Assembly: GCA_036478295.1 (NCBI GenBank)
Contig: JAZGDW010000211.1
Span: forward strand, 1-11,844
Length of the DNA: 11,844 nucleotides
Reading direction: 5' to 3'
DNA from: Candidatus Krumholzibacteriia bacterium
GTDB lineage: Bacteria > Krumholzibacteriota > Krumholzibacteriia > WVZY01
Shown here: in pieces, positions 1-6,571 of the stretch
Position numbering within the stretch: position 1 is the stretch's first letter
Layout of the letters: the number at the start of each line of letters is the position of its first letter
Translations under genes and position numbers: made by a program
The notes under the pieces: model-generated
The model's database searches: none
What the model saw: only the letters and a program-made list of their open reading frames with translations
What the model was told of the DNA's origin: nothing

Positions 1-1
1 G

Positions 2-247
2 GGGATCACGCCGTCCGCGCGGCACCGTGACCACGTCATCCGGACCGTCAAGCAAAACGGGATCAAGGTCCTGTTGCTGTCGAGTTTCTACAACCGGTCG
101 GCATCGGACTACATTGCCGGCGAGACCGGGGCGGCGGTCGTTGCAGTTCCTATCGACCTGCACGCGGTCGAAGGTGTCGACACGTACTTCGAACTCATAG
201 ACTACCTCATCTCACGGATGAGCGCACCACTCGATGGGAGAACGTAA
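2..247 (+). CDS. Metal (Zn/Mn) ABC transporter substrate-binding protein, ZnuA/TroA-like, C-terminal part (5'-truncated by the window)
   Basis: Frame 2 is open from the window edge: GITPSARHRDHVIRTVKQNGIKVLLLSSFYNRSASDYIAGETGAAVVAVPIDLHAVEGVDTYFELIDYLISRMSAPLDGRT*. The GIxPS..H start and TYFELIDY ending are typical of cluster A-I binding proteins. The TAA (245-247) overlaps the permease ATG (TAATG). Absent from the ORF track. Confidence 0.8.
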   Translation, partial: GITPSARHRDHVIRTVKQNGIKVLLLSSFYNRSASDYIAGETGAAVVAVPIDLHAVEGVDTYFELIDYLISRMSAPLDGRT

Positions 248-1767
248 TGGAACAGCTAGTCGGCTCGATGATCTACCCGCTCCTCGTGTGCCTGGTGCTC
301 GCCGGCATCCACGTCTACCTCGGCATCCACGTAATCGCGAGAAAAGTCATCTTCGTCGATCTCGCACTCGCCCAGATCGCGGCCCTCGGTGCGGTCTACG
401 GTGTACTCCTGGGGTATGAGTTGCACGACGATCCGTGGGCAATCAAGGGTTTCTCCATGGCATTCGCGTTCGTCGGCGCGGCCGTCTTTTCGTTCACGCG
501 CGCACGCCACGAGCGCGTGCCCCAGGAGGCGATTATCGGGGTAACCTACGCCGTTGCGCTGGCCGCGACCATTCTCGCCAGCGCGCACCTGCCGCACGGG
601 GCCGACGAAGTGCGAGAGATGCTGTCGGGTAGCATCCTGTGGGTTCGGGGGAGTACGATTCTCCACACGGCGCTTCTGTACGCGGGCGTGGGGGCGTTTC
701 ATTTCGTTTACCGTCGCCGCTTCCTGTTGATTTCGGAAAGCGCGGATAAGGCGGAAGCGCTGGGGATCAATGTCCGGCTGTGGGATTTTCTCTTCTACGT
801 GTCCTTCGGAGTCGTCGTAACGAACGCCGTCGCCATCGCCGGCGTGCTGCTCGTGTTCTGCTACCTGATTATTCCCGCCGTGGTGGCGGTGCTGTTCGCC
901 GAGAGTCTCAGATCGCGACTCATCATCGGTTGGAGCGTGGGTACTGTGGTGAGTTTCTTCGGTGTCATCGTTTCTTACGCGAAGGACCTGCCCTCCGGAC
1001 CCACTATCGTCGTGGGTTTCGGTGTGGCCCTCGTGGTTGCGGCGGCTTTTCATTTCGTTATGGCGTTCCCGTCCCGCGGGCGCCAGCTCGCGAAGGTCCT
1101 GAGCGTGGCGACGGTGCTGGTTCTTCTTGCGCTTGGCAGCCGCCTGCTCGAGAAGAGCGAGGCACGTGATCCACTGGATATGATGACCAGCCGGATCAAG
1201 AACGAGCGTCTCGCGGCCGTGCGCATGCTCGAGTCGGATTCCGGACTGTGGGAAAGGGCGGTGCCGCTCATACCCCAACTTCTCGAGGACCCGGAGCCGG
1301 AAGTCCGGGCGTCTGTGTGCGACCTCATCGCTTCGGGCGGGCGGGCGGATCAGCTGGCCGGCGTCCACGCGCTGCTCGTCGACCCCGACGACATCGTGCG
1401 CGAGGCGGCGCTGCGGTGTGTAAAGGCGATCGGTGACCGCTCGAGCGTGGCACCGCTGCTCGCCGCCGTCGAATCCGAAGATGACGAATACCTCAAGGTC
1501 GAGATGGCGGAAGAACTGCTGGAGCTGGGAGAACCCGGTGGCATCCCGATCTTGATAGGCCTCATGGACGAGGCCGGGACGTCGCGCGTGCGCAAGGACG
1601 CGCACGAACACCTGTCCGCCCATATTCCCATCGCGTTTCGCTTCAGCGCTGGTGAAGACGCCGGTGGGAACGATCACGAGATCGAGCCCATCCGCCTGTG
1701 GTGGGAAAGCCAGCGGGATAACCTGCGGTGGCACCCGAAAACAAAGATCTTCGTATCAGGAGAGTGA
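247..1767 (+). CDS. Metal ABC transporter permease (ZnuB/MntB, ABC-3 family) fused to a C-terminal HEAT-repeat-like domain
   Basis: The first ~270 aa are polytopic with ABC-3 motifs (GIHVIARKVIFVDLALAQIAALG, EAIIG, LSGSILWV, AEALGIN, GVLLVFCYLIIPA, DLPSGPTIV). A further TM segment follows, then ~200 hydrophilic helical residues with HEAT-like units (LLEDPEPEVRASVC, LLVDPDDIVREAAL, ESEDDEYLKVEMAEEL). Confidence 0.85.
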   Translation: MEQLVGSMIYPLLVCLVLAGIHVYLGIHVIARKVIFVDLALAQIAALGAVYGVLLGYELHDDPWAIKGFSMAFAFVGAAVFSFTRARHERVPQEAIIGVTYAVALAATILASAHLPHGADEVREMLSGSILWVRGSTILHTALLYAGVGAFHFVYRRRFLLISESADKAEALGINVRLWDFLFYVSFGVVVTNAVAIAGVLLVFCYLIIPAVVAVLFAESLRSRLIIGWSVGTVVSFFGVIVSYAKDLPSGPTIVVGFGVALVVAAAFHFVMAFPSRGRQLAKVLSVATVLVLLALGSRLLEKSEARDPLDMMTSRIKNERLAAVRMLESDSGLWERAVPLIPQLLEDPEPEVRASVCDLIASGGRADQLAGVHALLVDPDDIVREAALRCVKAIGDRSSVAPLLAAVESEDDEYLKVEMAEELLELGEPGGIPILIGLMDEAGTSRVRKDAHEHLSAHIPIAFRFSAGEDAGGNDHEIEPIRLWWESQRDNLRWHPKTKIFVSGE

Positions 1768-3237
1768 CTCGGCGCGGTGCGGACCGGCCGACCGTGACGT
1801 GAGCAGACTCACCAGCACCGTGCAGGCGAGCGATATAACAAACGTCGCGAGCTTGATGTCGAGACCTTCATTCAAGACCGACGTGCCTTTCCACACGATA
1901 TTACTGATGGTCCCCGACAGCATGCCGGCCAGGACGCCCCACGCGGTCGTTCGTTTCCAACGCAGCGACAAGAGAAGCGGCGGGCCGAAGGAGGACCCCA
2001 GACCCGACCACGCGTAGGCCACCATGTCGAAGATGAGATCCTCGTTACCGAATGCCAGCAGCAGGGCGACGCCCGATGCCACTACCGTGGCGACCCGTGA
2101 GAGAAAGATCAGCCGGTGTGAAGGCGCGTCGGGCTTGAAGAGTCTTACGTAGATGTCTTCGACGAGCGAAGAGGTCACGACGATCAGCTGCGAATCCGCC
2201 GTCGACATCATGGCTGCGACCGCCCCGGCAATCATCAGCCCCGCGATCCAACCCGGTACGAGTTCCCGCGCCAGGAGCGGCATGACCATTTCCGGGTCGG
2301 AGATCCCGGAGCCGAATATGGCGGCGGCGACGATACCGATGAGCGGCGCCCCCCAGTAGGCGATGAGGGTCCACGCCATCGCGATGAACGCGCCGCGTTT
2401 CACGTCGACGGCCCGCTTGATGGCCATGTAGCGGCTGAGAAGGTGGGGCTGTCCCAGATACCCGAAACCCCAGGCGAGGCTCCCCAGCATTACACCGAAG
2501 ATGAACGCGGAGCCCGTCTTGCCGGCGCTCATACTGAGGAAATTCTCACCCATGGGGGCGAGCTTATCGAGCATCCCCTGCGGTCCGCCGAGCTTGACAA
2601 TGCCGATGATGGGCAGCAGCAGGGCGACCGCCGCCATCATCAGTCCCTGGATCACGTCCGTCCATACCACGGCCAGGAACCCGCCCAGCATGGTGTAGAG
2701 CATGACCACCACCGCGCCGATCACCATGCCCCAGCTCGCATCGATACCGAAGGTGGCGTTGAGAAGCTTGCCGCCGCCGACGAACTGCGCGGCCACGTAC
2801 CCCATGTAGAACAGGATGATGATCAGCATTGAGATGATGCGCAGCGAACGGCGCAGTGCGAACGGCGCGCCGGCGAAGCGCATCTCGAAGTAATCGGGCA
2901 GGGTGAGGGCGCCGAGCTTCTCCGTCTGCTTGCGGAGATGAAAGGCAATGAACGACCACGAGGCGAGGATGCCGAGGGCAATACCGATTACCGACCAGAA
3001 CTCGGTGAAACCGGCGGCGTAGGCCGCACCCGGCAGGCCGAGCAAAAACCAGGCGCTCTCACCGCTGGCGCGTTCTGAAATTGCGGCCGACAGCGGTCCG
3101 AGCCTTCTCCCGGCCAGCAGAAAATCGTCCAGCCCTTTCATCAGGGTGGAGGCGGTGAGCCCGCAGATGAGGAGAACGATGAGGTAGGCGCCGAAGCCTA
3201 TGAAGAGCGACCAGTCGGTGCCGGCGGCAGGGTCCAC
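1756..3237 (-). CDS. putP: Sodium:solute symporter (SSS family), PutP/sodium-proline symporter-like
   Basis: Motifs DFLLAGRRLG, WFLLGLPG, TLPDYFEMRF, YTMLGGFLAVVWTDVIQG, WGFGYLGQPH, AAMMSTADSQL and AWSGLGSSFGP, with ~13 hydrophobic segments. GTG start at 3237. Family is secure; proline as substrate is not. Confidence 0.85.
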   Translation of the reverse strand: MDPAAGTDWSLFIGFGAYLIVLLICGLTASTLMKGLDDFLLAGRRLGPLSAAISERASGESAWFLLGLPGAAYAAGFTEFWSVIGIALGILASWSFIAFHLRKQTEKLGALTLPDYFEMRFAGAPFALRRSLRIISMLIIILFYMGYVAAQFVGGGKLLNATFGIDASWGMVIGAVVVMLYTMLGGFLAVVWTDVIQGLMMAAVALLLPIIGIVKLGGPQGMLDKLAPMGENFLSMSAGKTGSAFIFGVMLGSLAWGFGYLGQPHLLSRYMAIKRAVDVKRGAFIAMAWTLIAYWGAPLIGIVAAAIFGSGISDPEMVMPLLARELVPGWIAGLMIAGAVAAMMSTADSQLIVVTSSLVEDIYVRLFKPDAPSHRLIFLSRVATVVASGVALLLAFGNEDLIFDMVAYAWSGLGSSFGPPLLLSLRWKRTTAWGVLAGMLSGTISNIVWKGTSVLNEGLDIKLATFVISLACTVLVSLLTSRSAGPHRAESLS

Positions 3238-3338
3238 TACTCGTCACCCCCGTCCTTCCATGTGGCGATTCGCCACAGGGTGAGGAGCAGGATGAGAACC
3301 CAGCTACCACCTACGATGAGCAGTGTGTGAAGCGGCAT
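3237..3338 (-). CDS. 33-aa single-pass membrane microprotein, putative symporter small subunit
   Basis: Reads MPLHTLLIVGGSWVLILLLTLWRIATWKDGGDE*. A GGGAGG Shine-Dalgarno lies just upstream of the ATG at 3338. The TAG stop overlaps the symporter GTG start by one base (TAGTG). One hydrophobic helix followed by a charged tail. Confidence 0.75.
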   Translation of the reverse strand: MPLHTLLIVGGSWVLILLLTLWRIATWKDGGDE

Positions 3339-3378
3339 TCGGGCCTCCCGCATCGCGGCGCGGCCGGGCGCGCCCAGC

Positions 3379-3546
3379 GTGGCGCAACGGGATGGGTGTT
3401 CTCATGCTCAGACAGTCCTCGGCGCACGAGCTTCACGCTCGTAGGCAATTGGTTGCGCGCCTGCGCACTGCAGCAGCATTTCGCGCATTATAGCTGACTG
3501 TCGGTGCTCAAGAACTCGCTCGAGAACACCCATCCCGCTGCGCCAC
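3379..3546 (-). ncRNA. Candidate structured RNA or MITE-like element (168 nt) closed by a 25-bp inverted repeat
   Basis: GTGGCGCAACGGGATGGGTGTTCTC (3379-3403) matches the reverse complement of 3522-3546 at 24/25 positions. There is an inner stem GACAGTC (3411-3417)/GACTGTC (3496-3502) and several internal hairpins. Mismatches become G-U pairs on the minus strand. Confidence 0.5.
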
Positions 3547-3565
3547 TTATATACCATTCGGCCGC

Positions 3566-3710
3566 GACCTGCGAATGGGGTGGTGGGCGGTCAAATCGGT
3601 GACGGCCCATTCGCGGCAGCGAGCGAGGATCATCCGCCGCAGGCGGATAGCCGAGCGAAGCGGAGCGTGGGGCGGAAGCGATTTGACCGCCCACCACCCC
3701 AAGCCAGGTC
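3566..3710. repeat. Long palindromic REP/REPIN/MITE-like element with a nested REP-like hairpin
   Basis: Perfect 23-bp inverted repeat TGGGGTGGTGGGCGGTCAAATCG (3576-3598)/CGATTTGACCGCCCACCACCCCA (3679-3701), extended by GACCTG (3566-3571)/CAGGTC (3705-3710). Central hairpin ATCCGCC-GCA-GGCGGAT (3632-3648) is flanked by GAGCGA motifs. Confidence 0.7.
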
Positions 3711-5701
3711 TAAAGCATCTTCGCGAATACCGGCGCGAAGACCAGTGACACCACGGCCATCAGTTTGATCAGGATGTTCATCGCCGGGCCGGACGTGTCC
3801 TTGAACGGATCGCCGACGGTATCTCCCACGACAGCCGCTTTGTGCGCGTCTGATCCCTTGCCCCCATGCGCGCCCTCTTCGATATACTTCTTCGCATTAT
3901 CCCACGCGCCGCCGGCATTGGACATGAAGACACCGATGAGAACGCCGGTCGCGGTGGCGCCCGCCAGGAAGCCACCCAGCGCCTCGGGGCCCATCATGAA
4001 ACCGACAATCAGCGGTGCGGTGACGGCTATCAGTCCGGGGGCGATCATTTCACGCAGGGCCCCCTTGGTCACGATATCGATACAAGTTTCCACGTCGGGT
4101 TCGGCGTTGCCGTCGAGCAGGCCTTTGATCTCGCGAAATTGCCTGCGGATCTCGATCACCATCTTGTTCGCGGTACGGCCGACCGCTTCCATGGTGAACG
4201 CCGCGATGAGAAAGGGCATCATCGAGCCGAGCAGCAGGCCGATGACCGTTTTGGGGTTGGTGAGATTGATCGATTCGAGACCGACCGTATTCTGGTAAGC
4301 GGCGAAGAGAGCGAGCGCCGTAAGCGCCGCGCTGCCGATGGCAAACCCCTTGCCGATCGCCGCGGTGGTGTTGCCGATCGAGTCCAGCTTGTCGGTAATC
4401 TTGCGGATCTCCGGCCCGGCCTTGCTCATCTCGGCCACCCCGCCGGCGTTGTCGGCGATGGGTCCGTAGGAGTCGGTCGACATGATGATACCGATGGTGG
4501 CCAGCATACCCACTCCGGCGATGCCGATACCGTAGAGACCGTTGAGTTCGAAAGCGACGTAGATTGCGGCGGCGATGGTGAGCACGGGAGGAATGGCACT
4601 CTTGAAGCCCACGGCCAGCCCCGTGATAATGTTGGTGGCGACGCCTCCTGATTCGCTCGACAGCGCGATCTCGCGAATCGGTTTGCCAGCGGTGAAATAC
4701 TCCGTCTCCCGCGCGATCAACAGGCCGCATGCCAGGCCGGTAAGCACCGCCCAGAACGTGTTGACGTCTCCGACCAGCTTGTCCACCAGGAAGTAGGCGC
4801 CGATCAGGAACAGGATGCCGGCGGTATAGGTGGAATAGTTGAGGGCGGACATCGGGTCCATCCTCTTGAAGATTCCCATCGAGAGGATACCCAGGATGGA
4901 AGCAACAAGGCCCACGGCGATCAAGGCCAGGGGAACGGTCATTCGAGCGAGCGGCTCGGAATAGGCGACGGCGGCAATGGCCATGGTGGCAATCACCGAA
5001 CCCACGTAGGATTCGAAAAGGTCGGCGCCCATGCCGGCTGTGTCGCCCACGTTATCGCCCACGTTATCCGCGATGACTCCCGGGTTGCGCGGGTCGTCCT
5101 CGGGGATTCCCGCCTCGACCTTGCCCACGAGGTCGGCGCCGACGTCGGCGCTCTTGGTATAGATGCCCCCACCCACACGCGCGAAGAGTGCGATGCTCGA
5201 AGCCCCCATGGCGAACCCGTTGATGACCAGGGGGGCGTTCTGCGGGTCATGTCTCAGAAAGATAAGGAAAAAACCGAGTCCGATGACACCGAGTGACGCG
5301 ACGGTGAGGCCCATGACCGATCCGCCCTGAAAGGCAATGGCCAGCGCGGCCGGAGCACCGCCCTCCTTGGCTGCCTGGCAGGTGCGGGTGGCGCTGCGCG
5401 TGGACGCCTCCATTCCAAACCAGCCGGCGAACATCGACGACAGGGCGCCCACCAGGTAGGCGACACCGGTCCAGATGCTGAGCATGATCGCGAGGGCGGC
5501 AAACACGACGACCATAAAAACCGCGATGATGGAGTACTCACGCTTCAGAAACACCATGGCGCCGGCATGAACCCGCTCCCCGATTTGCTGCATGACTTCG
5601 TTACCGGGTGAATGCCGCAAAACCATGAAAAAAGTGATCGTGGCGATGATCATACCGATGACACCGACCCACGGGATTCCCAGAATAAGGGCGGAATCCA
5701 T
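3710..5701 (-). CDS. hppA: Membrane-bound ion-translocating pyrophosphatase, K+-dependent, most likely Na+-translocating
   Basis: Motifs [70 protein letters not shown] and [14 protein letters not shown]. Start placed at ATG 5701 because AAGGAGG lies 8 nt upstream of it; the GTG at 5707 is only 2 nt from the RBS. Confidence 0.95.
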   Translation of the reverse strand: MDSALILGIPWVGVIGMIIATITFFMVLRHSPGNEVMQQIGERVHAGAMVFLKREYSIIAVFMVVVFAALAIMLSIWTGVAYLVGALSSMFAGWFGMEASTRSATRTCQAAKEGGAPAALAIAFQGGSVMGLTVASLGVIGLGFFLIFLRHDPQNAPLVINGFAMGASSIALFARVGGGIYTKSADVGADLVGKVEAGIPEDDPRNPGVIADNVGDNVGDTAGMGADLFESYVGSVIATMAIAAVAYSEPLARMTVPLALIAVGLVASILGILSMGIFKRMDPMSALNYSTYTAGILFLIGAYFLVDKLVGDVNTFWAVLTGLACGLLIARETEYFTAGKPIREIALSSESGGVATNIITGLAVGFKSAIPPVLTIAAAIYVAFELNGLYGIGIAGVGMLATIGIIMSTDSYGPIADNAGGVAEMSKAGPEIRKITDKLDSIGNTTAAIGKGFAIGSAALTALALFAAYQNTVGLESINLTNPKTVIGLLLGSMMPFLIAAFTMEAVGRTANKMVIEIRRQFREIKGLLDGNAEPDVETCIDIVTKGALREMIAPGLIAVTAPLIVGFMMGPEALGGFLAGATATGVLIGVFMSNAGGAWDNAKKYIEEGAHGGKGSDAHKAAVVGDTVGDPFKDTSGPAMNILIKLMAVVSLVFAPVFAKML

Positions 5702-5863
5702 ATACACGTCCTCCTTGAGTGCTCAGAGATTCATGTGGAATTACCGGACCACGAATGAATCACGGCTTGTTTCCAACGGTAAAAAGGTATGTGTCTTTTA
5801 AAGAGGAAATCGATACGATCTGACGCTAAAACGGGGGGATTTTAAAGAATAATCCAGGGAGGG

Positions 5864-6340
5864 TCAAGCGAAATCAGTTCCGCCACCGGGCAGCTCGGTT
5901 TCGTAGAAATCATAACGCCCCGGCGTCATTCCGAGCCGCTCGTAGACGCTCTTGGCGCGCGTGTTCTCCCGGTCGACGTATAGGCGAATCCCGCACACGT
6001 CGCCCGCCGTCGCCGCGAGCTCCTCGACGTGCCGGTGCAGCCGCGCGTAGACGCCGCGCCCGCGGTACTCCGGCCGCACGAACACGCTCTGTATCCACCA
6101 AAAATAGGCGTTGCGCCAGTCGCTCCACTCGACGGTGACCAGGAGGCCGCCGGCCGCCGTGCCCTCCGTATCGGCGAGAAGGTAGAACCCCTTTGCCGGG
6201 TCCTCGAACACGGCCCGCACGCCCCGGGTCAGCCTGTCCCGCGACAGCTGCTTGGCTTCAGTTTCTTCCGCCAACGCCGAATTGAAATAGACGAGTGCTT
6301 CGAGGTCGTCGACGGTGGCCCTGCGGATGGTTATTTCCAT
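5864..6340 (-). CDS. GNAT family N-acetyltransferase
   Basis: ITIRRATVDDL start, EWSDWRNAYFWWIQSVFVRPEYRGRGVY (motif A) and RLYVDRENTRAKSVYERLGM (motif B). Start is either ATG 6340 or TTG 6355. Confidence 0.9.
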   Translation of the reverse strand: MEITIRRATVDDLEALVYFNSALAEETEAKQLSRDRLTRGVRAVFEDPAKGFYLLADTEGTAAGGLLVTVEWSDWRNAYFWWIQSVFVRPEYRGRGVYARLHRHVEELAATAGDVCGIRLYVDRENTRAKSVYERLGMTPGRYDFYETELPGGGTDFA

Positions 6341-6471
6341 GGGCGGATTACTCAAGAATCACCAGCTTTCGGGTCTGGCTAAGCGACGCGGAACTATAGC
6401 ATACGAGCGCCTTTCCTTCAACGCGAGCGGCACCCGCGTGAGGGCTGCCGTAATGGTCCCGTTTTTTGACC

Positions 6472-6501
6472 TTGCGGGGAGTTTTCAGGTTGGATTAATC
6501 T
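6472..6501 (+). promoter_or_regulatory. Possible sigma70-type promoter for the aminomethyltransferase gene
   Basis: TTGCGG-N18-TAATCT in the divergent intergenic region, ~70 nt upstream of the ATG at 6572. Weak match only. Confidence 0.25.
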
Positions 6502-6571
6502 AGCCCCTGGAGTTGGAGGGCGGCACAGGGTCTTTGGACGACGAAGAACGACGAAGGACGATGAGGGCGCA

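Noticed and set aside
304..332. Direct repeat GGCATCCACGT in the permease gene
   Set aside because: It reflects the GIHV-YL-GIHV protein sequence. No sign of an independent DNA role.
256..1734. 492-aa antisense ORF, and similar shadow or alternative-frame ORFs such as 3866-4651, 4050-4730, 7159-8238, 8473-9036 and 10709-11317
   Set aside because: They overlap well-supported genes, show no recognisable motifs and have the skewed composition expected of non-coding frames in high-GC DNA.
3379..3710. Retron msr-msd or CRISPR interpretation of the palindromes
   Set aside because: No reverse transcriptase or cas gene in the window, and no regularly spaced direct repeats.
3488..3768. Two opposite-strand ORFs that both read MVGGQI...RFDRPPP
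   Set aside because: The similarity is a direct by-product of the 23-bp inverted repeat. Neither has a convincing RBS or a protein-like sequence.
5043..5068. 12-bp tandem repeat TCGCCCACGTTA in hppA
   Set aside because: It encodes the conserved DNVGDNVGD catalytic motif.
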